A stretch of 64,000 bases of DNA from Narcine bancroftii (Eukaryota). The notes below the pieces were generated by a model. The model saw only the letters and a list, made by a program, of their open reading frames with translations, was not told the origin of the DNA and made no database searches. Shown piece after piece: positions 51,418-64,000 of the stretch (position 1 is the stretch's first letter; every line of letters begins with the position of its first letter). The stretch spans positions 89,404,001-89,468,000 of the forward strand of contig NC_091477.1 of NCBI RefSeq assembly GCF_036971445.1, written 5' to 3'. Both the position numbers and the translations under genes were made by a program.

Positions 51418-54129
51418 CACACTCTTGACGATGAACTGATGAAGGTTCTGCATTTGAAACACAATGACTTTTCAGTGATTGATGTTCCCTGGTTTAAAAT
51501 GGTCTTGTCGAAACTGGAGCGTTCAATCATGTTTTTTTTTTCTCTTTAATGTTTGAGCTGTAAAAGTTTATAGTTTGGAGTCTGTCTGCCTTAGCACACC
51601 ATTAACAAACATACACTTTTATCTTTTGCTTTAACACTCCTGGATCTGGGTAGATTTCACCATTATCCCTACCTGTTACAATTGAAATTGTGGTATCTAT
51701 TAAAATTTAGCTCCTGAAAATCCTTACTAGCACAATATATGAAGATTATTGGTTTGAAAAAAGCTAAGCAATATCTTTAAAACATTATATTGCACTTGAT
51801 GACAAATGTAATTGAGACTCTCTTGCTTTATCAAATTCCAAATTTATGAACTGGTAGCCAATTGGTTAGCCATAGTTCCTGATTAAATCATAGGTTATTT
51901 GTGTTAATATTAATGAATAGGTTGTTAATTTTGATGCATTTGCAAATACTGCATGATGATACAAATTTGATGAGGAGTTTCATTGGTATACTTCTCATAT
52001 GTTTAAAATGCTGGAATTTAATTAAAATAATATGCTGGTATATTAGGGTAGCAATTAGACAAAGAAAGCTTATGGGACAGGCAATCATGATCTTGAATTT
52101 TCACCCACTTTTTAGCCTTGCAAAAAAAATCTGCAGCCATAAAATTGAAGTAATGTCATTACCTCATCTTCACTGGCTTATTTCATTCGTGAACCATCTT
52201 CCTCTTAAGCAGTCCCTCATTATTAAGAGTGCCATGCTTTCACTTTGGTTCTAGTGACTTCTGAGATGGCTGTTGAGGCCATTGTGGGACCTGCAGGCAC
52301 CTCTAACTTAAATCTGCCAATGCATCTGGAAAATTTTATATGGACTGTTTGATACAATCAGACCAGTGTTTTGAAGTGTGCAGGACAGCAGCACTGAAAA
52401 GAGGTAGAAATTCTGATGTCTGCCTTTGCTGAGAGGTAGTTCCCAAAATATTAGATTAAATTTACATTTTCCAGGATCACAATTTGATTATTGAAGGGTG
52501 GTGTTCCAAAGTGGGGGCACATTTGAACAGAATGTTTGCTTTGCAGATATTGAGTGTTAAGCTCGCTTTTTCATCTGCTTCAGTGAATGAGTTGACAAAG
52601 GCTTGGAGTTTAACTTTTGTACACATTTGCAAGTTGTATCTGCTCAATGCAGCTCAATAATTGAACAAGTTCTTTTGCATTCAATACTAATTGGATCACA
52701 TTGTGGACAAGAAACCAGGACAATGTGATTGATTAATTTAGAGGTAAATTTGAAGTCTGCAGTGAAATCTTTGGTAATTTTGTAACCCCACAGGCGAATA
52801 GGACAGAATTTAGCATAGGTACAGTCCTAATTTTGATCAGTGGGTTGGGAGTGTATTTGGTTTTCCCTCTGGGATAGGCTCAAAACTGAGGCTATGTGCA
52901 TCAAACTTTGGGAGCACTTTTCAATTTCCACCGGGATTATCAGCAACTGGAGGGTGGCGAGTGTTGCTTAATCTTACAGCTACTCCTTGCACAGTATTTG
53001 AAGAGTGCTACCTTGTCATCCTTTGAATCAACTGGTTCCTCAACCCTGATCTCTGACTACCCACACTTCCCTCCAGGCTTATCACTGGTCAGAATTGACT
53101 TGTTAATACCTACGTATCAAATCGATTGTGTACGTTGTTCTACCAGTTCCTATTGCATGGAATCTATGGAGGCGACACAGGGGACATGTGTAAATAAGAG
53201 AGACAGCTGTGCACAGATGCATCAAGCAAATATTCTCTGCAGCTTGCTATTCTATGAGCCTTTTAACGCTGTAAACAATAGAAAAGTATTTACAATGGCA
53301 GGCTTCCCTTGGGATTAATGTCTGGGGCATTAATGATCAAATGCATAAAGTAGAAAGTTTAACATTTTCCCAGTAAGTTCATTTATTCACATCACAGGCC
53401 CGCGGTCAGCCAAGTAGGTGTTTACTTCCCAAGTATCTGCTGCAATGCTTCTGTTAGACTTTCACTCAGAAAGCGAGGTCTCCAAGTGGCTTTGTTGGTA
53501 ATAACTATCCTCAACAGCTTTGGAGTTGGTGCACTTTGCCAAGGCCTTAATGAAGCAGGACCACTTGGACACAAGTGGCATCATTACAATGGAGAGACAT
53601 TTTGAAGGTATCTGAATTCATCTGTGCACTTCCTGTTCTAAAATTCAGTGTGGTCTTTTGGACTGTAAAGAGATGCGGCAATCTATGTAAATCATCAGAA
53701 AAAGACCTCAAATAATGATCAAAGGATTTAAAAAAAACCTTTGTTGCCAGGTGCTTGCTCATTGTTGGTCCCAGTTTGAAATTTGCTGGAGGAGAGAATC
53801 CCACACAGTTTCATATCAGGAATGATTGAAACCAAAAACTCCATCAAAGCTGTTACAAGGTGTTGAGCATCTTTGCATATTTCTTCCTGACATTCTTGCA
53901 CTAGATCTTTGTCAGTTTTTGTTTCAAATGGGCCAGTGGAGAAAGAACAAATGTGTAGTAATATGGTTCCAGCTAACTTGACATTGGATGTCACAGCTGA
54001 GAGTCCCTGTTGCGGATTCAGACACAGGAATTTGATACTTTTTTTTTGCATGATGGTCTTCCTGCAAAGCAGATTACAGCATGACAATTGTCAATGAATT
54101 TTGACAATGATGGTAAAAGCAAATAATAT

Positions 54130-54369
54130 TGTGATAGTACAGATCTATCACCAATGTACATAGTGTATATAGTTACTGTATCTAGACTGTGCTTACAGTG
54201 ATTGGCTGAGAGCTAAGCCACGCCTATTGTCTGGGCCTTAAAGGGTTGTGTCCCTAGCCAGGTCGGATCATTCCAGACTGGTCGGCCACCTGTGAAGAGC
54301 TCCTGTCTTTTGCTAATAAAAGCCTTGGTTTGGATCAACAAGTCTTTGGTTCTTTCGATGAGCTCTACA
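54130..54369 (+). mobile_element. Intact solo LTR (240 bp)
   Basis: TGT...ACA ends, perfect 5-bp TSD AATAT (54125-54129 and 54370-54374), inverted CCAAT (GATTGG), TATA-like TTAAA and AATAAA near 54315. Confidence 0.85.
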
Positions 54370-54760
54370 AATATAGGTTAGTTAAGGTAAATGTACAAAA
54401 AGTTTAACCTGTCAGAGAATCAAAATAATTATTATTGTAATAATATTGACCAAGAATTAAACAAGTTATTGAAATCAATCTCCAATTTAGGAATAAAGAG
54501 GGAGTCAAACTACATTTATGGAGATGCTGTTGAAGAGCCTGAACAATAGGTACAAAACAATGGAAAAGAATTGGGAAAAATCAACCATTGCCTTCCGCAA
54601 TGATTGTAGTTAACCATATAACCATATAATCATTTACGGAGCTTAATGGATTATAAATTATATCTGATTTATGTAATGAAATTTTCCACTTTAAAAACCT
54701 GATTCAAGTAGTAACAAAAGCAGTTGTTGTTTCTGAAATTCTTTACTGTTTAATTTACAG

Positions 54761-54879
54761 GCTCAAAAAAATGAGAGGGAATCAATTCGACAGAAGTTGG
54801 CACTTGGAAGTTTCTTTGATGATGGCCCAGGAATTTACACCAGCTGTAGCAAGAGTGGTAAACCCAGCTTGTCTTCACG
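54761..54879 (+). CDS. SCHIP1: SCHIP1 shared internal exon ([40 protein letters not shown])
   Basis: Acceptor ...taatttacag|GCT and donor TCACG|gtgagt; 119 nt, phase 0 to phase 2. The translation matches the conserved vertebrate SCHIP1 segment as I recall it. Confidence 0.95.
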
Positions 54880-55084
54880 GTGAGTATTGGAAACAAAGTC
54901 TTAGACACTTGTAAAATTCTTGGATGTTGATTTTCAACCATCTGAGCCCCATTTAAATCTTTGGAGGGCATTTAACCAAGGTTTCTCTCACCACTAAACC
55001 AAGAACTGCAGTGATGTCCATTAAAGTATTTTGTAACACAGTTAAACTCCAAAATTCACCATCCCAATAATTCTGCTTTGATCA

Positions 55085-55256
55085 GAGATGTGGAGGAATT
55101 TCTTTAATCAGTGGGTGGTATATCTGTGGAATTTGTTGCCACAGGCAACACTGGGTATTTAAGGTAGAGATTGATAGGTTCCTGATTAGCCGGGCATTGG
55201 GAAAATGGATCAGCTCATGATTAAATGGCAGGCTGCTCCTTTGTCTTATGTTCTTA
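55085..55256 (+). mobile_element. Decayed CR1 3' fragment
   Basis: AGAGATGTGGAGGAATTTCTTT..CTGTGGAATTTGTTGCCACAG.. typical CR1 3' end. Confidence 0.65.
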
Positions 55257-56574
55257 ACTGGCTCCCCTGATTTTGTTTCAACTCAGCAAGGCTGTTCCCC
55301 ACACTGCTTATACTCACAGGGCCCTAGTTTCCCACACATCTTTTAAACTCACTGGATTTTGTTTCCCATATTCCCTTTTAAACTAAACATGCTTTGTTGT
55401 CCAAATTTTGTGTAAGTTCACCTACTTCACTTGAAAATTTATCATACAGCTGTCAAAGTGAATTGTAATCCTTGTGCTGAAATAGTTGGCAATTTAATTT
55501 TTTTTAAAAAAATCTCCTTTAGGCAACTGAAAGCCAAGCTGCTGCATGTATTGAATAGAGCAAAAGGAAACGTATTCTTGTAGCTGGAGCAAAAGGAATT
55601 CTATTTTGACGGAGTAACTGCAGCGAGAGTTATGTGATTCACGATTCTTCAGTTGAGAGGCTTAAAACCACAATCTGCTGACTCACAGGAAAAGGTGTGA
55701 CCAATGTGGCGGAGTAACAATTCAAAGGTTGCAATGAGTTTTATTGGATGAGGGAAATCAGGGAGTGGTACTTGCCTGGATTTGAATATGGGTTTCCAGA
55801 AGTCTTAACATTGTGGGAGAACAGATTAAAAGAAGTGGGCCATTCATTGCACAGAGATAGGAAGCAATGGACTGTGATAGAAAGACTACAGATGCTGAAA
55901 TCTAGAGCTAAAAACAACCTGCTGGAGGATCTCAGAGGGTCAGTCAACACCCATTTTTCTCCACTGGCATCCTCCAGTAATTTCTTTCTGATTATGATAG
56001 AGTTTGATTGCAACACTGATGAATCCATGAAAATGGAAAATTATTCATGGTATAATTGTTCTGTTTTCAGAAATTAATGTTCTGATCTACATTGATCATT
56101 ATTGTGTCACCAAAATAAAGGTTTCACCATGAAGGAATTTTGATTTGCCTCCAGTGGCATTTTTAAAAATTTTCTTCCATTCTGTATTGGATATGATCTA
56201 ATGGAAAACTTTTCTACAGAATTGCGAAATATAATTGACAACTCCTGTTTTCTTCTGAAGAATTGGTAGTTCCTTTAATCCAACAGCCAGACAGAAAATA
56301 GATGATCTCATTTTAGTCCTTTGTGGTGTGGATCCATGCTGATTGCTGCTGTTATCTGAAAGCAGTGTTCTGCTTTCAGTAGATTTTCTCAAAGGTAGGG
56401 AAATTCAGATGTTCTGTCAGAGAACATACATGACATCACATACAATCCTGAGATTCTTTTTCCTACGAGCTGGCAGAATTTCTACTTGTAGGTAGTGCGC
56501 AAAATTGTACTCAAGAAAAGATAATGTAAGTAAAAGTATCTCTATGAGCCCCATTTTTAAAGTATTCATATGTC

Positions 56575-57370
56575 ATTATATATAACAATTACAGCACGGA
56601 AACAGGCCATTAGGCCTTTCTAGTCCGCACCGAACCAAACACCCCTCTCTAGTCCCACCTCCCTGCACAATGCCCATAACCCTCCATCTTCTTCTCATCT
56701 ATATACCTGTCCAACCTTTTCTTAAATAATACAATTGACTCCGCCGCCACTATTTCTCCCGGAAGCTCATTCCACACGGCTACCACTCTCTGAGTAAAGA
56801 AGTTCCCCCTCATGTTACCTCTAAACCTCTGCCCCTTAATTCTTAACTCATGTCCTCTTGTTTTAATCTTTCCTCCTCTTAACGGAAATAGTCTATCCAC
56901 ATCCACTCTGTCTATCCCTTTCATAATCTTAAATACTTCTATCAAATCCCCTCTCAACCTTCTACACTCCAAAGAATAAAGACCTAATCTGTCCAATCTC
57001 TCCCTATACTCTAGATGCTTAAACCCAGGTAACATTCTGGTAAACCTTCTCTGCACTCTCTCCACTCTGTTTATATCTTTCCTATAATTAGGCGACCAGA
57101 ACTGCACACAGAACTCCAAATTAGGCCGCACCAACGTCTTATACAATCTCAACATCACCTCCCAACTCCTATATTCCATGCAATGATTGATAAAGGCCAG
57201 CATATTAAAAGCCTACTTCACCACCCTATTCATGTGAGTTTCTACCTTCAGGGAACGATGTACCGTTACTCCTAAATCTTTCTGCTCTTCTGTATTCATC
57301 AATGCTCTCCCATTTACCATGTATGTCCTGTTCTGATTCTTCTTACCAAAATGAAGCACCTCACACTTAT
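56575..57370 (-). mobile_element. 5'-truncated CR1 LINE
   Basis: Open 184-aa C-terminal ORF2 segment (LVRPNLEFCVQFWSP..LGLYSLECRRLRGDLI..FFTQRVVAVWN) and a 3' tail. Confidence 0.9.
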
Positions 57371-60219
57371 GTTAAAACATTTGTATTTTTATTAATTATT
57401 CTCTTCTTAAACTAATTGTTAATAATAAATTATAATAAACTTTTGTTGAAAACAGGAATCTTTAATACATGCAGATTTTCCTGTGATCGTTTAATTTGTC
57501 AGGATCACCAACATTATGGTGCAACCAATTAAACTGATGCTTGTACAAAATGTAATGCTTGGCCTCGTTCATCAAGGCCATTGAAATCTAGTGTCCCCCA
57601 AAGGTTTTATTCAGTGAAAACAGCATCTAATGGTTAATGCGTACAGATGACATTACCTTGCGTTTGATTATTATCTTTGTCTGGCACAACCTGCGAATGG
57701 AGGATACTGGGGTTGTGGATGGAAGGCAGCCTGATAGCGCAGGGTGTATGTCTGTGTGTGTGCCCTTGGTCTATGACACACCTTTATTATTGTACTTACC
57801 TTTGGGTAATAGAAATGCGTAGATATTGGGGAATATTATCTGACTTGAGAAGGAATGGGTTATTTGGACAAAGGGTACAAAGCTCGATGATATCTCTGGA
57901 AGTTGCCAGTGATACTTTTGACACTTTGAAGTAAAGGAAAGAATTTTGAAGAGTTTGGATTGTGGTAATTTGTGCATATGTAAAACTGGTCAAGCCTGCC
58001 TTGCCTCCCATGACGGGTAATGGATGCAGTTAGTAGGTATATAGACAAGCCATGGAGAAAGTGCTCGTCCATAGAATTAGTGTAGTTAGGTATTTGCTAC
58101 TTGTTTGGACTGTAACACGCTATGATTCAAGATACCTTTATTGTCATGTAATAGTGCAGAACATGTAATATTACATGAAATTGCCTTCTGTCTGCCGTTG
58201 AGACAAAGTCACTTTTAGTATCGTCTGGCACCCCTTACAGTAATAGAGAAAGTGTAGCATAAGAGAATCCCATCAGAGTCACTTGAGTGTCCATGAATTC
58301 ACCTCCAGCACTCTTGCAATCTCTGCAGCTGTTCAGTCCATTGTAACCTGAGCTCCAGATGCAAACCTCTAACGTGATCAGGAAGCCCAAGACCCTTCAG
58401 GAGCCCTTCTTCCCCCTCACCACTCTCACGAATCCCAGCTCTGATACTTGGTCCCATTTGCTTATCGTCAGCAGTCTGCAGCCTGTGCATGTCCACTGAC
58501 TGTATTGCCTGCAGCAATGTGTGTCCCTTTGCCACTGAGCCCCTCGTTACTTTGCTGCCATGGTCACCATCCTGAATGGATCCTTCAGCTGCTGAGCTCC
58601 ATGCTGGGCTGCTGCTGTGGATAACATCCTGTAGGGTCGTTTTCCTGTGCATCTCAACAGAGGGTGTTTTCCCCATTTCTGGTGCCTTGCTGTGGTCTAC
58701 TGCTTCCCCAGAATCTGCAACCCCATATGATTGCTGCTGAGCACAGACTTCTGGGGTTGCAGGAGTTTCCTTTAACAACACTGTCAAAAGTCTCCACGGA
58801 GCCTCCACCATTAGGACTAGGTGACTGAACCATTCAGAGCAGTGCTAAGTCTCCGCTCTCCTGGATCTGCACCAGTGGCAGTGCTGCGGGAGAGCAGATG
58901 GCAGGAGCCAATGGATTAGACTTCCCATTGTTCAGCTGGAAGTAATTATGAATCATCAAAAGCAGTTTGACAGCAGGAATGCTGCAGAGAGATGGGAGCC
59001 GTCAGTGGAAATCAGTCTCATGTTTTAACATGATGCTAGCCAGTATCCCTGTGGAAATGAATGTGTGGAGGCCTCTTGAGACTGAGCGTTGGGAGAAGAA
59101 GTACTGTGATTGTGCAGCCATATTTGGGGTGGTGTTGGAGGGGAGTTGCCTTTTTCTTCATGGCTTAATAATTTACACAATTTAAGTGCAACCAATGTAA
59201 GAACAGTCCTTTTTTTTCTAATTTTTGCATGTCATTTATTTATTTTAGCGTAATTCTAATTTTTAAGAGTGGGATAAGAGTATTGGGTTCAAAAATTCTG
59301 TCCCAATTTAGTTCATCAAGCTTAAATAATGATTAATTGTGTTGAAGGGTTAGCATTCTTTATCTCCATGAAAATTCATGGGAAGTGCACATTTCACTCA
59401 CAAATCAGACAGTCTTTGCTTCTGTTCAGCCTTTCCAATCAGTTATGCTTTTAATTGCCATGGAGCAAACCTGTGTTCAGTCACCAAGTAACCAGTTCAG
59501 TCCATCACACATATTTGAATCCTCTTTCAATGGTTGAATAAGCATCACTGAGTAACACACAAAATGACAGATTGGTTGAATCATAATCTTAAAGATCTTT
59601 TGATGAAAGCACCTCTGTGGAAATTATTTGTAGCATTTGATATTTTCCCGACAAATGTGTAATACTCACAGCGTGTCAGACAAAAATTGTCTCACTTCAC
59701 TGCCACAAATATGAGAGATTTTAAAATGCCAATATGAGAATATATCTTGGAACCAATGAAAATTAAAACTTTTGATTTTCTCTCTGTTTGTTTGTGTGAC
59801 ATCATCACCTCTCAGAAAAGCAAACCTACAGCAGAAACTATTAATAGCAGCAACCTGCAATTTGTATTCCAAGTTGGTACCTTGTATTATTTTTTAAAAT
59901 ATTTCAGTGTTATTAACTGGTGGTTGAGTCTTATTAATAAAGAAACAATTTTTTTAGCTTCTTGGGCCAACATTTTTATTTTAAAAAAAGCTACTACAGT
60001 CAAATACAGTAAGTATTTTTTTTCTGGGTTGAGATTGCACTAATATTCAGCAAAGGTGGAAAATAATCCAAAAATAAAAAGAAGTATATAAAGCAAATAA
60101 TTTATGGAAATTTATCAGGAAGTTTGTTGCAGCTTGATGATAATTAAGTTGAAACAGAAAAATGTTGAGGCATTCAAAAATCAAGCTGATGATTTGACTA
60201 GAAACTGATGTATCCAATT

Positions 60220-60622
60220 ATAGAATTTAGAAGGATGAGGGGGGGGGGTCTTAATAAAATGTATTAAATTATGAAAGGCGTGGATAAGAGAACGATAGGA
60301 AAGTGGTTTTCATTGGTGGGGAGACTAGAACTAGGGGACATAGACTCAAGATTAGGATGGAGATGAGGAGGAACTGCTTTTCCCAGAGGGTGGTGAGTGG
60401 GTCTATGGAATTCACTGGCCTCTTGAAGTAGTGGAGGCTCCCTCAGTATATACATTTAAGACAGGGTTAAATAGATTTTTTTTAATAGTAGGAAATTAAG
60501 GAATATGGGAGAAAGCCAGGTAGGTAGAGATGAGCCCATCATTAGATCAGCCATGACCTCATTGAAAGGCGGAGCAGGCTCGATGGGTCGGATGGCCTTC
60601 TCTTGCTTCCATTTCTTATGTT
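60220..60622 (+). mobile_element. Decayed CR1 3' fragment
   Basis: EFRRMRG-like sequence, TRTRGH, and the tail GGCTCGATGGGTCGGATGGCCT. Confidence 0.72.
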
Positions 60623-62679
60623 CTCATCTCTGCTATCATTTCCATCATTTCCAAATCTTTCACGACTATTGTAAAAATGGTGGGTGCCAAGAATTATACA
60701 GTTCTAGCCAAGGCCCAACAACTGACTTCATAGTTCAGCATTACTTATTTTACATTCGGTGCTTCTTCTTACAAAGTCAAATTGAAAATCAGATTTCACA
60801 GAACTCAAAAGCCATTTTTGTGTTGCTCTTGGTGGCGGGCTGCCACACTACCACACTTGTAATTTTTTATCCCCAAGGTATTACACACTAAAATAATTTT
60901 CCAGTGAACTTAGTAACTTTACAGGGGATGCAGGAAATAAGCCCCTAATAAATTCCAAGGGTGTATGGGGAACTGAACCAGGAAAATCTAAAGGGAGCTT
61001 GGAATTCTGACCCAGTCTGTCAGAGGGAATGTAGGATCTGGAGCCCAGTAAATGAAATCACAATGTGTCGAAAGAAATGGGGCTTCGGGAATAGTGTTAA
61101 AGGGAATATGGGATTCTCCACAATGTGAGCCAGATGCCGAACCATCAGAATTTCTGAAAAGTTGGATAGCAAAATAATCATCATTTTACAGGTATGTGAA
61201 TTTTCTGTGTTTCCACAGAATTCCACTTTTAAAAAAAATCAATTTTCCACATTTTGAATGATTTCCGCGTTCAGGAGCTTGGTTCAGGGCCCATCAGTCT
61301 TCTGCACCTTGGGCTCCCAGCGGGCAGCGCCGCAACTCAGGCTCCCAGTGGCAGCAGCAGGAACCTTAGGCTCCCGGCAGGAGCAGGGCCTCAGTGGGGA
61401 GGTGTGGTGATCGGCGGTGGCCAATTTTTTTTTTGGAAGCCAAGAACAAGGTGGAGTAAAGCAGCAAAGTGTTTATTGTAACCGGGAACAAGGTGGAATA
61501 AAACAGCGAACACACCATGAAGGTAACAGAAAGGCATGGAGAAGGAAAAGAATAAATTGACAAATCACTATAAAGATAAACATATTCAAAGTCAATAAAA
61601 ATAATAATGTTATTAGTACACAGTGACATGGTCACATTATTTTGTAATGTCCAATTTTACTGGTATTATAGGTAAATTTTCAAAAATTTTCCAAAAGGGG
61701 GATGCTGCCCCCCAATCACCCGCCCCCCCCCCCCCCCCGGCAAGGGGCGCTGCGGCACCTTCACCCCTGCTGTACGCCTCATGCAAGCACTTGGTTCTTT
61801 TCATTTTTTTCTAAACCTCACATGCCTGTTTACTGCAATCCTTTGAATCCTATCTTTGTACTCTTGTTGAGTGAATGAGATTTGGTGAAATATTGAATGT
61901 CATTCTTCTTTGTCAGGCCAAAAAGCAATCGCTTCCTTCTTCCTTCCATCCCCTGTCCACCATCTCTGGCTACTTTCTCTTTGATACTGCACCCAAATTG
62001 TTTTGCAGTCCTGGTGGAATTCATCATCTGTTCTGAAATGATCCAGATATCCTGCAGATATTTATTGCAGTCTTTTATACATGAAGGGTACTCAGCATGC
62101 TGCGGGTTATCTGAATTTAGAGAATTCACTTTCTGTTCTTTCCTATAGTGGGCACACCCATATTAGCATTTAGATCTTTTAATTACCTACTACAGTTATC
62201 AATAGTGAGCCTGCCAACAATTCTTATTTGACATTTTCTGCCATGATATCTGATAGGAGTACAAGCACACAGTTTAATATTGAATGCGAAACATTTGTTC
62301 ATGTAATGATAAGCTTGTAATTCAAAATGAGAGATGATTGACACAGTAGCAACTTTATTTGTGTATTAAATGCATGATTATTCTCGCGGAACGTGTATGT
62401 AGATTGGACATTTGTGTCAATCTACATACAAGAGTTAAATCTGTCAGCTTTGCATTACTGCATTGTGCGAGTAACAAGAATAATGAAAACACATTAGCTC
62501 TTTGGAATATTCAGAGAAATGGCAAATGGCGACTGTTTTTCACATGTCCTTTTCATTGTTCCAAGCAAGAATGTTTGGTTCGTGAGTGATGGGTGATGTA
62601 GTGAATTTTTTGCAGTCCTTACTGAGATAGTCACTGTGTGTTTACAATAAATGTAGCAGATTTGCTAGAATTATGGAGG

Positions 62680-64000
62680 AAGGTTTAAACTAGCTAGGCA
62701 GGGGAGTGGGAACCGGAGTCTTCAGTTAGATGATGGAGCATTTGGTGAAAAGGGAGACATGTGTAGTGAGACTGTGAGGAAGGATGTGGCAGTAGATGGA
62801 GTATAAATGCAATCAGTTGGATAGGTTGAAATATGTTTACGTTAATGTGAGAAGCATTAAAAGCAAGGGGGATGAACTTAGAGGATGGATCAGGTCATGG
62901 AATTATTATGTGGTTATGACAGAGACTTAGCTGATGCGAGGACAGAATTAACTAGGGTATGTTCTGGAGTTTAGATGTTTCAAAAGAGATAGGGAGGGAA
63001 AAGAAGGGTGGCTATGCTGATCAGGGATACTATCACAGCTGTAAAAATTGAGGATGTTGTTTGGGGGGGGAATCATCTACTGAGTCAGTGTGGGTGGAAG
63101 TCAGAAGCAGGAAGGAAGTAATCACTCTATTGGAAGTATTCTAAGACTCCAAATGGCCACCGGGATACTGACTAGCAGGTAAGTTAACAGATTTTGGAAA
63201 GGTGCAAAAATGACAGAGTTATTGTTATGGCAGACTTTAATTTCCCTACTATTGACTGGTACCTCCTTCATGCAAAAGGTTCAGATAGGGCAGAATTTGT
63301 CAGATGTGTTCAAGAAGCATTCCTGATACCATTTGTGGACAAACTAACTGGAGGGGAATCCATACGGGATCTAGTATCAGGTAATGAACCTGGTTGGGTG
63401 ACAGACCTCTTGCTGGGTGAGCATTTTGGAGACTTTGCTCCCTGAGCATAGCTATGGAAGACAATAGGTGTAGACAAAATGTGCAAGTGTTTAATTGGGG
63501 AAGAGCTATTTATGATGGGATTAGGCAGGAGCTTGGGAACAGATGTTCTCAGGGAAATGCACAGAAAAAATGTGGAGAATGTTTAGGGACCACTTGTGCG
63601 GGCTTCGGGATAAGTTTGACCCACTAATACAGGAAAAGATAGTAGGGTAAAAGATTCATAGTTGAAAAGAGAAGTGAGACAGGAAGTCAAGAGGAAGAAG
63701 AAAGCATATGTCAGGCAAAAGTCAGGAAAGGCTCATGAGAATTATATGATACTAAAAATCCCTGAGTAGAGCGAGAAGGGGGCATGAAAAGTCCTTAACA
63801 AGTAGGATTAAGGAAAACCTTAAGGCATTCTACACGTATGAGAAGAACAAAAAGAAATGACGACAGTGAGGGTAGGACCAATTAAGGATAAAGGGAAGAA
63901 TCTGCCTGGAAGCAGAGGTGGTTCTAAATGAAAACTTTGCTTAGGTGTTCACAGGTGAGAGGGACTTTGAATGTGAGGTCAGTGTTGAACAGGTTAATGT
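62680..64000 (+). mobile_element. Decayed CR1 ORF2 5' part (APE endonuclease), running off the right edge
   Basis: GLN*LGRG / YVNVRSI start, FKRDREG, SVWVEV, MADFNFPTIDW and GEHFG motifs with stops. Confidence 0.8.

Noticed and set aside
52896-54097. ORFs of 60-140 aa in unique-looking sequence
   Set aside because: No recognisable motifs or splice structure; consistent with chance ORFs.
55515-55650. AG acceptor followed by QLKAKLL, superficially like SCHIP1 LQAEAKM
   Set aside because: The translation does not continue as SCHIP1. I did not find the expected next exon (LQSGMNLQICFVND...) anywhere in 54880-64000.
57697-57810. Possible additional SCHIP1 first exon (MEDTGVVDGRQPDSAG...)
   Set aside because: No recognised similarity. 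The only phase-2 donor is weak (GG|gtgtat) and the better GT sites are in other phases.

Overview
Eukaryotic, AT-rich, repeat-dense vertebrate DNA. The retroelement mix (HE1/V-SINE-like SINEs, CR1, Rex1/Babar, RTE, Penelope-like and L1 elements) suggests a cartilaginous fish such as a ray or shark (inference). The window lies inside a + strand SCHIP1 (schwannomin-interacting protein 1) gene that the ORF track misses because its exons are tiny. I find a first coding exon (MVHQENCAYQ, 8734-8763), a probable second alternative first exon (…FRNVTAADLVASYKT, 36949/36982-37059) and the shared exon [40 protein letters not shown] (54761-54879). The rest is intronic or upstream sequence packed with nested, mostly dead retroelements: a decayed L1 hosting a Gypsy LTR element with a tRNA-Trp PBS, a long CR1 with an SGNH-esterase ORF1 hosting an RTE, a second Gypsy hosting a 5'-inverted RTE, Rex1/Babar and Penelope-like inverted pairs, solo LTRs, SINEs and a 40-bp minisatellite. 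I see no convincing wholly new biological system. The best leads are the alternative first exon, the twin-primed RTE insertion, two CR1 copies sharing the same inactivating lesions, Penelope-derived hairpins with hammerhead-like cores, and a sense solo LTR just upstream of the shared exon.
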